This document shows positions 32,448 through 41,108 of a stretch of DNA of 64,000 nucleotides, piece after piece. The notes beneath the pieces were generated by a model that was given only the letters and a program-made list of their open reading frames with translations, made no database searches and was not told the DNA's origin. A program made the translations under genes and the position numbers. The DNA lies in assembly GCA_963822405.1 (NCBI GenBank), contig CAWGHH010000001.1, positions 151,296 to 215,295 on the forward strand, read 5' to 3'. Each line of letters starts with the position of its first letter. Position 1 is the stretch's first letter. The stretch is from Candidatus Uhrbacteria bacterium (GTDB lineage: Bacteria; Patescibacteriota; Patescibacteriia; UBA9934).

Positions 32448-32490
32448 AGTATAGCAAAAAAACGCCCTTTTGTCAATGTTTTGGGGCTAA
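32448..32490 (-). promoter_or_regulatory. Near-consensus promoter of cassette 2 (TTGACA-N17-TGCTATACT plus conserved upstream TTAGCCCCAAAACA)
   Basis: Minus strand reads TTAGCCCCAAAACATTGACAAAAGGGCGTTTTTTTGCTATACT. Confidence 0.6.
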
Positions 32491-32573
32491 GATTAGTAAA
32501 AAAGTTTCCGGCATAGCCGGACCCGGCTCTGCCGGGAAAAAAGGCTGAAAAAGCTGTAAAGTTGAAAAAGTAA

Positions 32574-33026
32574 TTAGCGCATCTCTTTCTGCGCCCAGTG
32601 TTTTGGCAGTTTGGTGGTTTTCAGGAGCTGTGCGGTTCGTTCGATATCAGCGAGGGGTACATTGTGGATATTGCGAGAGGCGCCGACGTTATTATCACAG
32701 GCGAAGTTCAGGATTTCTACGGTATACCCAAAGTTTCGACCAAGCATGATATACGGCGCAATTTCCCAAGCTTGGGCGTTCATGTTGTCGATGATGATTG
32801 TCGAGTCGCCGTTATGAAGTGCGTCATGGCATTTTTTGAAGCAGGCATCATGGGCGAGCTGGATTTTGGACTTGTCGTAGACGTATGTTCCGTCAGTTTG
32901 TAAGAAAAAATCATCTGCGGAGCAGATAACAGCGTCAGTTTGGGATTTCGCGTAAGTAGATTTGCCTGAGCCAGGAATACCGCGGAGAATTTGGAGAGAT
33001 TTCATATGGGGTAGGGGTCGACCCAT
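32574..33026 (-). CDS. P-loop kinase-like small protein (AAA_33 / zeta-toxin-like NTPase fold)
   Basis: Walker A GIPGSGKST; about 150 aa; start is 33026 or 33005. Confidence 0.55.
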   Translation of the reverse strand: MGRPLPHMKSLQILRGIPGSGKSTYAKSQTDAVICSADDFFLQTDGTYVYDKSKIQLAHDACFKKCHDALHNGDSTIIIDNMNAQAWEIAPYIMLGRNFGYTVEILNFACDNNVGASRNIHNVPLADIERTAQLLKTTKLPKHWAQKEMR

Positions 33027-33066
33027 GCGTCGACCCTTTCCGGAATTTTATGTAAGATGTGTTTGT

Positions 33067-33909
33067 ATGATAATCGATCTCGCAAAAGTCGTCCTTCTCT
33101 GCCCAAAGAACGACGAAGAATCCGTGCTCATTTTGAAAATCGCCATAGCCGCGGGTATCCCAACCGTTATTTCGCCTCAGGCGCACGGTTCGCGACTTGA
33201 ACTCGAGGAAAAACTCGAAGAACGGTTGAAAACTGCGAATCCGAATGCCTCGACTATCGTTATTGTCGAAACTCCCGGTTCTGCGCGTGAAGCCGAACTC
33301 GAAAAAGCGGGGTACGAAGTGATCATCATCGACCATCACCGTTACGAGGGACTGAATCGCATGAAGCAGGAGAGTTCACTCGACCAGTTTTTGGCTTTGT
33401 TCGAACTCGACGATAAGAAATTAATCGAACTCGGCTTTGATCCGTTCCTCGTAAAGGGCGTTGCGATGCTTGATAGAGGTTGGGTGTGGGAATTATCGCG
33501 CGAGGGGATTGAGAAAGAAGACCGAAAGCGGATCGTGGAATATTATTTGTCTTTTGCCGATGAACTAGGCGGCTCTCGAAAGGATGGGATGGCTGAAGCG
33601 CGAAAAGTGTGGGAAATTAGAGAAGAACGTGACGGAGTAATTATTGTTCGAACACCGACTGAAACTAGAATTCGCGAAGCATTATCGATAATCCTTGCGG
33701 AGAACTATGATGAGCCGCCAGTTACGTTGATCGTCGAGGGCGCTCATCGAATTACCGTTCAAGACACTGACAAGGCAACAAAATTACACGAAACTTTTGG
33801 TGGTTATGTCTTTGGCAAAGATCGTTGCTGGGGCTATCCGAGTACTCCTGAGAAGAAGGGGCCGAGTGAAGATGAGATAATGGAGGTGCTATGTTCTCAA
33901 AACCTCTAA
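33067..33909 (+). CDS. hypothetical protein with DHH-like motif (IIIDHH)
   Basis: Start set at the ATG at 33067 because upstream ORF sequence overlaps the convergent gene; no RBS seen, so the start is uncertain. Confidence 0.4.
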   Translation: MIIDLAKVVLLCPKNDEESVLILKIAIAAGIPTVISPQAHGSRLELEEKLEERLKTANPNASTIVIVETPGSAREAELEKAGYEVIIIDHHRYEGLNRMKQESSLDQFLALFELDDKKLIELGFDPFLVKGVAMLDRGWVWELSREGIEKEDRKRIVEYYLSFADELGGSRKDGMAEARKVWEIREERDGVIIVRTPTETRIREALSIILAENYDEPPVTLIVEGAHRITVQDTDKATKLHETFGGYVFGKDRCWGYPSTPEKKGPSEDEIMEVLCSQNL

Positions 33910-34967
33910 CAACTCCTCCCGACCGCAAATTTCTCCTCGACTGGATCGAGCAGGATGTTTTGTTATCGAAAGCGGGAGTGCGGGCGAGAAATGTGGTTGC
34001 GGAACTTGTCGGAAAGATTCCTGAGGTGAAGAAGCTGGTCGAAACCCCCCAAACTTCGCCCCATCACGCCGAGGGTCCAACCGTTGAGGCGCATTTGGTA
34101 CGAATTCTTTCGGTTCTTTTTGCTGTTACAGGGTCAATTACTCCCTGGTCCCCGAGCGTAGGCGAGGGGCCTAGAGGCTCGCCCGTAGGGGCTACGCCCG
34201 AGGGTGGGTTATTGGATATTGAGGAATTTGTTCGAGAGAAAATTCTTTTTGCCGAATGGAAATCGCTTTTCTCAACTATTACTCAGAATGAGAAATTTCT
34301 CTCTGCCTACGCTTTCGCTCATGACCTCGGTAAGGCTGAGTGTGTGAAGATCGACGACGCGGGTCGCGTGCACTATCTTGGTCATGACCGCGCGGGTGCG
34401 TCGTCCTCGTATGCGTACGCACGCGAAGCAATTCTCAAGTACTTTGGCCTGCCGTCGTCGAGCGCGAAACTATTGACTGAGTTGATTCGGTTGCACATGG
34501 ATATAATTACGACATTCCAGAGTTCCGCGAACATAGCTGAGTTTAGGGCATTTGTCGCACTAGCCGGTCGCGCTGGACTGAACAAAGAATTATTCCTCGA
34601 TCTTGCGCCGGCTTGTCTGTTCTTGGACGCGGTAGCTGGAAGTTTGGAGGAGGTGGACGGTCGACGGTTCCACGACATGACGCCTTTGATAAACTGGCAT
34701 CGAGCGGAACGTGAGGCTATGCCAGAGAGGCACGAGGCCAGAGAAGCGGGGGAGAAAAAAGCGTCAAAGATGGCTGTTAAAAAAGCGTATGCTGACGCTA
34801 ACTTATCGCCAGAAGAAGTGTTCGAGTTGCTCGGCACGCCAATCGGTCCAGTTCGGGGTGAGGTCATGAAGAAGATTGATGAGCTTGTGAAAAATCATGA
34901 AGCAAAGATTGATTTCGGCGAGCAGACGGAGGAGATTCGAAAGAGAGCGAAGAATGTAAAACTATGA
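33891..34967 (+). CDS. HD-domain phosphohydrolase-like protein carrying a GC-rich palindromic in-frame insertion
   Basis: H...HD...H...D pattern (SPHHAEG, AHDLGK, YLGHDRAG); insertion at 34142-34209. Confidence 0.55.
   Translation: MFSKPLTTPPDRKFLLDWIEQDVLLSKAGVRARNVVAELVGKIPEVKKLVETPQTSPHHAEGPTVEAHLVRILSVLFAVTGSITPWSPSVGEGPRGSPVGATPEGGLLDIEEFVREKILFAEWKSLFSTITQNEKFLSAYAFAHDLGKAECVKIDDAGRVHYLGHDRAGASSSYAYAREAILKYFGLPSSSAKLLTELIRLHMDIITTFQSSANIAEFRAFVALAGRAGLNKELFLDLAPACLFLDAVAGSLEEVDGRRFHDMTPLINWHRAEREAMPERHEAREAGEKKASKMAVKKAYADANLSPEEVFELLGTPIGPVRGEVMKKIDELVKNHEAKIDFGEQTEEIRKRAKNVKL
34142..34209. repeat. GC-rich palindromic segment (GCGTAGGCGAGGGG ... CCCGTAGGGGCTACGC) inserted in-frame in the HD-domain CDS
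   Basis: Local GC far above the flanking gene; dyad symmetry; encodes SPSVGEGPRGSPVGATPEGG. Confidence 0.5.
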
Positions 34968-35512
34968 TCGCATTTATTGAAGGAATTTTGGCCGAACATG
35001 AGTCTGATGCTGTCGTTGTTAACGTCTGCGGCGTTGGGTATCGGATCATGGTTACTCGAACAAAGAGTGAAGTAGGGGACAAGGTAAAATTCTATGTGGC
35101 CGAGGTCATTCGCGAAGATAAGCATGATTTGTACGGGTTTGAGACCAAGGATGAGCGCGAGCTTTTCTATATTTTTACAGACGTTCAAGGAGTCGGACCA
35201 AAGATGGGACAGAAGATTCTTTCGGCTGCACCCGCCGACGCACTTCGTAAGCATATTCAGCAAGATGACGTATCATTTTTCACCTCTATTTCTGGCGTCG
35301 GCAAGAAAACTGCACAAAAAATTATCCTCGACCTCAAGGGCGTGCTTGTCGACACGGACGCAACCGGTAAGACCGCACAATCGGACGACGTGACCGAGGC
35401 ACTTGAGAGTTTAGGCTATTCAATGGACGACATTCGTAAGATTGCTAAGTACATCACTGGAGAGACGGTCGAAAGTAAGGTAAAATCAGCACTGAAACTT
35501 CTGAGCAGATAA
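34964..35512 (+). CDS. ruvA: Holliday junction DNA helicase RuvA
   Basis: RuvA domain I/II sequence with tandem HhH motifs (GVGPKMGQKIL, GVGKKTAQKII). Confidence 0.85.
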   Translation: MIAFIEGILAEHESDAVVVNVCGVGYRIMVTRTKSEVGDKVKFYVAEVIREDKHDLYGFETKDERELFYIFTDVQGVGPKMGQKILSAAPADALRKHIQQDDVSFFTSISGVGKKTAQKIILDLKGVLVDTDATGKTAQSDDVTEALESLGYSMDDIRKIAKYITGETVESKVKSALKLLSR

Positions 35513-35606
35513 GAGAGTCACTAGTCGGCAGTCGTTAGTCTCTAGTCTGGGAACCATGCATTGGAGCATTAGACTAATGAATAGTGACTAAAGACTAACG
35601 ACTCTC
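35513..35606. repeat. Long imperfect inverted repeat (GAGAGTC...GTCGTTAGTCT / AGACTAACGACTCTC) filling the ruvA-femAB intergenic region
   Basis: Arms seen directly; ends 5 nt before the femAB ATG. Confidence 0.35.
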
Positions 35607-35610
35607 AGAT

Positions 35611-36561
35611 ATGACTGCTTCTCAAGATTGGAATAGTAAAGTCAGAGCCCATCTCCCGCCTTTTGGCGGATTTTTGCAGTCGTATGAGTGGGGGGAGTTT
35701 CAGGAGTCGATCGGCTTCAAGGTAAAGCGGATTTTTGAGCAAACAAAAAAAGGCGTAGTCATTGCCCAGGCAGTCGAGCAGCCCTTAAAATTCGGCAAAA
35801 AGTATTATTTGATCCCAAAAGGTCCGCTTGGTGATGCATCGCCAAAGACCATGGTCGACATACTTAAAAATGAACTCGGCGACGGGGCATTCTTGAAGAT
35901 CGAGCCAGTGAAGAAGTTGAACGGGTCAACGCTTGTTCATGAGCGACACCCATTTACGACCGCGATTATTCCGCTCGGTGGTTCGGCAGAGAAAATTCTC
36001 GACCGGATGAAACAGAAGACTCGTTACAACATCAAACTTGCGGAAAAGAAGGGCGTGACTATCCGGATTGCTCGGGAGGAGGCGTTCGACGAGTTCATGG
36101 AGATCATGAAAGATACGGCTAAGCGTGACGGCTTTCATCTGCACCAGCCAGATAGATATTTGAACATGCTAAAGGTTTTGAAGGGCGGGGAGTGTAAGGC
36201 CTATCTTGCGTTTGCAGATTTTGAGGGCAAAGCCCTGGCCGTAAACTTAATGATTGATAGTTTTGGCCAGCGAACATATTTGCACGGCGCGTCCTCCAGC
36301 GAAAATCGCAACATCATGGCACCGTATGCTTTGCATTGGTTCCTGATCAAGGATGCGATCGAAAAGGGTATGTCGATGTACGACTTCTGGGGTATTGCTC
36401 CTGTTGGTGCCGGCGACGAACATCCTTGGGCGGGAATTACTCGTTTCAAACTCGGCTTCGGGGCTGAGATTGTCGAAATGCCAGGCACGTTCGACGTGCC
36501 TGTTTCAAAACTTTGGTACGGCTTTTATAAATTCGCGAGAAAAATAAGCGGTTTGAAATAA
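35611..36561 (+). CDS. FemAB-family peptidoglycan interpeptide-bridge aminoacyltransferase
   Basis: FemAB/MurM family similarity over the full length. Confidence 0.7.
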   Translation: MTASQDWNSKVRAHLPPFGGFLQSYEWGEFQESIGFKVKRIFEQTKKGVVIAQAVEQPLKFGKKYYLIPKGPLGDASPKTMVDILKNELGDGAFLKIEPVKKLNGSTLVHERHPFTTAIIPLGGSAEKILDRMKQKTRYNIKLAEKKGVTIRIAREEAFDEFMEIMKDTAKRDGFHLHQPDRYLNMLKVLKGGECKAYLAFADFEGKALAVNLMIDSFGQRTYLHGASSSENRNIMAPYALHWFLIKDAIEKGMSMYDFWGIAPVGAGDEHPWAGITRFKLGFGAEIVEMPGTFDVPVSKLWYGFYKFARKISGLK

Positions 36562-36980
36562 AAAAAACACCCCGCTGTTGAGATGTTCGCCGGTATAAGG
36601 CGTCTTTCTCTAACTTGCGGGGTGGACACGGTTACGGTCGGTCGCGAATTCGATTGGTCATCGAGGACTCCTTATAGGGTGAAGTCGACAGATGCGCGCG
36701 TTGGCCAACATGCCGGACGCCGCGGGTGGTGCATGGCACCGTGGGGGAGCCTATTAGGCGCGTCGCGAATGCAGTTCGTCATCGTGAACTCCGGTGGAAA
36801 GGATGTGGCACATCCGCGGGAGTATTCCCACGAATGCACCGGCTGGTGTCGCCGTCGTCGAGCCGATCAGACGTTGAAACGATTGGTGGAAGAGTCGGAA
36901 CTTCGCATCTAACCTCCTTTTTTTTCGTTCTGAGCGTTTCGGCTTCGAGGTCTTCGAGTGCCGGACGCTATCAATTGACG
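36561..36980 (-). ncRNA. Orphan GC-rich transcription unit (about 420 nt): strong promoter, intrinsic terminator, no ORF >=60 aa; candidate ncRNA and/or tandem small ORFs
   Basis: Promoter TTGACA-N17-TGCTATACT at 36987-37015; terminator CACCCCGC...GCGGGGTG (36568-36624) with a U8 run; sORFs of 13, 36 and 9 aa with good RBS; direct repeats 36641-36667 and 36762-36787. Confidence 0.35.
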
Positions 36981-36986
36981 AGAATT

Positions 36987-37015
36987 AGTATAGCAAAAAA
37001 TCTGACTTCTGTCAA
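36987..37015 (-). promoter_or_regulatory. Near-consensus promoter for the orphan transcript
   Basis: Minus strand reads TTGACAGAAGTCAGATTTTTTGCTATACT. Confidence 0.55.
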
Positions 37016-37109
37016 GTGCGAATAGCTGAAACAAAGCGAATATTAGCTAAAAAAGAAGCACCCCCCGGACTACGGTCCGAGGGGCGTTTTGTTCCGCATG
37101 CGAGCGGGG

Positions 37110-37343
37110 CTAGGGGATCTTTTTGCAGGACTTCTTCCAGGCTGATAGCACCTTTTCCTGCACCTCAATCTCAGTTGTTTGTTCAGTGACCATCTGCCGT
37201 AGTCCGTTGATTGTCTGTTGTTGTGAATAACAGACCGTCCCAATAAAACAGGTGGAGAGAACAAATAATCCGAGCACGAGTATATTGAGATGTGAACCGT
37301 GATGCTCAGGAGGAGGCTCTACGTACGTATTGTTGTCAGTCAT
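37110..37343 (-). CDS. small membrane protein (77 aa)
   Basis: ATG at 37343 with GGAGATAAA RBS; hydrophobic helix; bidirectional hairpin terminator at 37060-37100. Confidence 0.4.
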   Translation of the reverse strand: MTDNNTYVEPPPEHHGSHLNILVLGLFVLSTCFIGTVCYSQQQTINGLRQMVTEQTTEIEVQEKVLSAWKKSCKKIP

Positions 37344-37558
37344 TTTATCTCCAAAACAGAAAATTATATTAGCGTTGTTCCGCATCTTGGTCAATGTTCA
37401 CAACCCTTGAGATAGCTGTAAAGTTGAAAAAGCCAAGAAAGTTAAAAAAGTAAAATACAATAACCGGATCTCGGAATGGACGTTACAGCTTTTTCAGCTT
37501 TTTTAACCTTTTCAACTGGTGAACACATTTTGTGTACAGGGGGTGATATAATTCACGC

Positions 37559-38695
37559 ATGCGAATAGGAATTGACGCACGATTTTTCGGTTCACGTATC
37601 GGGGGCGGCGGGATAGGCCGTTATGTTTCGGAATTGGTGAATCATTTGCAGGAGATTGATCATACAAATGAGTACGTTATTTTCTTGAAGCGGGAGAACT
37701 TCCATGAGTTCGTAGTTACCCGCGGAAATTTCTCGAAAAAGATGGTTGATGTGCCGTGGTATTCAGTGGCTGAGCAGATAGTTATGCCTCGGGAGATTGC
37801 CCAGTCGAGAGTCGATTTCATGCACTATCCGCACTGGAATGTTCCAATATTTTCAAGGGTTCCGTTCATTGTGACCATCCACGATTTAATCTTGCTTGAA
37901 GATCCGTCGAGTGCTAGGGCAACTACTCGCGGTCCGCTTGTCCATGCGGCAAAAACTATTGGATACAGGGCAGTGCTTGAGCGCGCTGTTCACGGTTCGC
38001 GTCACATCATCACGGTATCAGAGGCCAGCCGTCGATCAATTCTTCAACATTTCAAGATTCGACCAGCTAAAGTTACGGTTGTTCATAATGGAGTTAACAC
38101 GCCAGTAGAGGGAAAGAATGTTTCGCTTAGAGATTTGGGTGTGGTCGAGCCGTTCATTCTCTACGTTGGCAACATGTACCCGCATAAGAACCTAGATGTG
38201 TTGCTCGATGCGTTCGCTGGCGCGCAGGCTCAACATCCAGGAATTCAGTTGGTGATCGCTGGGAAGTTCGACGAGTTTGGCCGGCGCCTTCAAGAGCATG
38301 CCATCGAGCTTGGATTCGGGAACGGGGAAGTGCGCTTTCTAAACTTGCCAACGGACGAAGAACTCGGCGCGCTTTATCACCACGCCGCTTTGCTCGCCTA
38401 TCCCTCGAGGATTGAAGGGTTCGGCATCCCGCCAGTTGAGGCTTTGCTTGCCGGCACGAAGGTTATGGCTAGTAACGCGTCGAGCATGCCAGAAATTCTG
38501 GGCGAGTATGTGAGGTACGTTGATCCTGACGATAGCGATGACATGGCGAAGGTGATGTTGGATGCAGTCGAACGCCCAGAAAAATGGGCGGGGATGAAAG
38601 AGAAGGGCGCAGATTTCGCTAAAAGATATAGCTGGGCGAAGGCCGCTAAACAAACGCTCGAAACTTATCTCATGTACGGTCCAAAAAGAATATAA
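37559..38695 (+). CDS. glycosyltransferase family 4
   Basis: GT4 C-terminal E-x7-E region and overall GT-B layout. Confidence 0.8.
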   Translation: MRIGIDARFFGSRIGGGGIGRYVSELVNHLQEIDHTNEYVIFLKRENFHEFVVTRGNFSKKMVDVPWYSVAEQIVMPREIAQSRVDFMHYPHWNVPIFSRVPFIVTIHDLILLEDPSSARATTRGPLVHAAKTIGYRAVLERAVHGSRHIITVSEASRRSILQHFKIRPAKVTVVHNGVNTPVEGKNVSLRDLGVVEPFILYVGNMYPHKNLDVLLDAFAGAQAQHPGIQLVIAGKFDEFGRRLQEHAIELGFGNGEVRFLNLPTDEELGALYHHAALLAYPSRIEGFGIPPVEALLAGTKVMASNASSMPEILGEYVRYVDPDDSDDMAKVMLDAVERPEKWAGMKEKGADFAKRYSWAKAAKQTLETYLMYGPKRI

Positions 38696-38698
38696 AAT

Positions 38699-40003
38699 GT
38701 GATTAACCAGGACGGAAAGAAAATAATCAGAATAACAAAAGGAGGCTATTCTAAAGCTTCGCCTTTTATTGTTCGTCTTTCCCGTCCCGGCGAGCCAGTA
38801 GCTCAGATTGTTGACCCGCTTGCCGATCTTCGCGAGAGCTTGGTGATCGATGGTGACGATGAAGGTGATGAGGCGCCGTTAGTTGAGGCCTATGATGGGG
38901 GAGTAGCCATTGCTATTTCTTTTGACGAATTCCGCGACCAGTTAATGGAAGACGTGGAGGCAGTTGAGAAAATAGACAATCGTCCGCCCATAGTCATTGG
39001 TCCAATTGTCCGTATTATCTCGACATCGAACATCAGACAACAGACATCGAACATCCCCTCAGATCCAATCACAACAGAGGATATAGAGGTCGCTGAAGTC
39101 TTTGCGTCAGATGCTCCGCTGGCTGATTTTACGGCGCGTATTGCTCAGGTCTTTTCTTCAAAACGTGCCGTTGCGTCATTTATTTTACTCGCTCTTCTTG
39201 TTTCAGCTCCGCTACACGCCGCGCAGGTTTTTGCCAATGTAAAATCAACTACTGATTCCGTGAAGGCAAATGGTTCTACGGCACTTAGCTCATTTTTACG
39301 TGGGGCTACTAGTTTGTCTGGAAAAGATTTTGATTCTGCGGGTAAAGATTTTTCTAAAGCAGCTGAAGATTTTGCAAATGCTGAGGATTCATTGAATAGC
39401 ATGCACGCCGTAGTGACCGCGGCTGCCAGCATGATTCCGCAGACTGAGCGGACTATGAGTTCGGTTCGCCATCTAGCCGTTGCCGGGGAAGAGTTGGCGA
39501 ATACCGCCGAGATCCTTGCGCTGGCTGGTCAGGATATTGCCGGCAAGAAGTCTTTAACGGTAGTAGATAAGATTGATTTGCTTTCAACTTATGTTGGCAG
39601 TGCTGGCCCTCACGTGGATGCGGCCGCTGAAGCCATGCAGAAGATTGACGAGAATTCATTACCAGCTGAATACGCAAGCAAGATTCATGAACTAAAGACG
39701 GCGGTTCCGGCTCTCGCTAGTACGCTCAAGGAGTTCACTGAATTTACTCACGCTTTGACCATTATTCTAGGCGGTGAGGGCGAGGTTAAATATCTAGCAG
39801 CTTTCCAAAATAATACAGAGATCCGCGCTACTGGTGGCTTCGTAGGCAGTTTTGCCGAATTGAATGTTAAGAATGGCGCCATTGAGAGTCTTTCTGTCCC
39901 TGGCGGAGGTTCATACTCTTCTCAAGGTCAGTTGACTGAGTATGTGGCAGCTTCCAGGCCCTGTTCAGTTGTTGCGTTCACGTTGGGAGTTCCAGGACGC
40001 TAA
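38699..40003 (+). CDS. DUF4012-domain protein, N-terminal part (frameshifted relative to the next ORF)
   Basis: ATGGFVGSFAEL DUF4012 motif; the frame ends where the 39942 ORF takes over in another frame. Confidence 0.6.
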   Translation: MINQDGKKIIRITKGGYSKASPFIVRLSRPGEPVAQIVDPLADLRESLVIDGDDEGDEAPLVEAYDGGVAIAISFDEFRDQLMEDVEAVEKIDNRPPIVIGPIVRIISTSNIRQQTSNIPSDPITTEDIEVAEVFASDAPLADFTARIAQVFSSKRAVASFILLALLVSAPLHAAQVFANVKSTTDSVKANGSTALSSFLRGATSLSGKDFDSAGKDFSKAAEDFANAEDSLNSMHAVVTAAASMIPQTERTMSSVRHLAVAGEELANTAEILALAGQDIAGKKSLTVVDKIDLLSTYVGSAGPHVDAAAEAMQKIDENSLPAEYASKIHELKTAVPALASTLKEFTEFTHALTIILGGEGEVKYLAAFQNNTEIRATGGFVGSFAELNVKNGAIESLSVPGGGSYSSQGQLTEYVAASRPCSVVAFTLGVPGR

Positions 40004-41105
40004 TTGGTTTCCGGATTTCCCAACCTCGGCTAAAAAAATGCTGTGGTTCCAGGAGCATTCCGGCGGTCCAACTATGGACGGGGTGATTGCGGTTAACGCA
40101 ACGTTTATTGTCGATCTCTTGAAGGTTCTTGGTCCGGTCGATATGCCAGCATATGGCAGAACTATCACTGCTGATAACTTTTTAATTGAAACTCAGAAGA
40201 TAGTCGAGCTTGAATATGACAAGACCGCAAACAAACCAAAGGCGTTTATTGGTGACCTTGCGCCTTTGCTTTTGAAGCGGGTGACTGATGCAGATTTCCC
40301 AACTTTGACTAAAATATTGAGTTTGGTTGGCAAGGGTCTTCAAGAAAAGAATATCCAAGTGTATTTTTCGCAGAACGATCTTGAAGCGCAGATGGAGAAA
40401 CTTGGATTCACTGGAAGTCTCAAGCAGACAGCCGGAGATTCGCTCATGATTGTTGATACTAACCTTGGCGGGGGAAAGACGGACGGTGTGATTGACGAGC
40501 AAGTAAACACTGACGTTGAAATTGCTGAAGATGGTTCGGTTACAAACACAGTGACTGTTACTCGAACACACCGTGGAATGAAGAGCGAGCTATTCCGTGG
40601 GGTAAATAACGTAGATTACATGCGCCTTTACGTTCCCGAGGGGAGCAAACTCATGAACGCTTCCGGTTTTACGCCTCCAGCTGACACGCTCTTTAAGAAG
40701 AGTGACGTTCCACTTAGTGTAGATGAAGATTTGGCGCTTAACATGCAGGACATTACTAAGGACGAGGGTACGGACACGGACGTTTGGATTGAAAACGGTA
40801 AAACGGTTTTTGGTAATTGGGTGCAGACTGTGCCAGGCACGAGTTCGGTCGCTACTTTTACTTACCGTCTGCCGTTTAAAGTGTCATTGGCTAAGACGGG
40901 CAATTTCTTCTCTTCTTCTAATCCAGTTCCTTACTCCCTGTTTATCCAGAAGCAGTCTGGCGTAGAGAACAGGCGGACGGATGTTAGAGTTTCCTTGCCA
41001 CACGCGGTAGAGGTTATCTGGACGAGCTCCGATGCTAATCCGAACGTTACCGGTGTATCGACAAACGAACGGGATGCTTTCTTTGGTTGGCTATTCCAGC
41101 CATAG
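39942..41105 (+). CDS. DUF4012-domain protein, C-terminal part
   Basis: Continues DUF4012-like sequence (FQDANWFPDFP, LGGGKTDGV). Confidence 0.6.
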   Translation: MWQLPGPVQLLRSRWEFQDANWFPDFPTSAKKMLWFQEHSGGPTMDGVIAVNATFIVDLLKVLGPVDMPAYGRTITADNFLIETQKIVELEYDKTANKPKAFIGDLAPLLLKRVTDADFPTLTKILSLVGKGLQEKNIQVYFSQNDLEAQMEKLGFTGSLKQTAGDSLMIVDTNLGGGKTDGVIDEQVNTDVEIAEDGSVTNTVTVTRTHRGMKSELFRGVNNVDYMRLYVPEGSKLMNASGFTPPADTLFKKSDVPLSVDEDLALNMQDITKDEGTDTDVWIENGKTVFGNWVQTVPGTSSVATFTYRLPFKVSLAKTGNFFSSSNPVPYSLFIQKQSGVENRRTDVRVSLPHAVEVIWTSSDANPNVTGVSTNERDAFFGWLFQP

Positions 41106-41108
41106 AAT

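Noticed and set aside
32962-33066. N-terminal 35 codons of ORF 32962..33909
   Set aside because: They overlap the convergent P-loop kinase gene and REP-like DNA. The start is placed at the ATG at 33067.
36561-36980. Orphan GC-rich transcript as tmRNA, SRP RNA or 6S RNA
   Set aside because: It has no tRNA-like 5'/3' ends and no ...CCACCA. It has no SRP domain IV GGAA-type motif. The family stays unassigned pending an Rfam scan.
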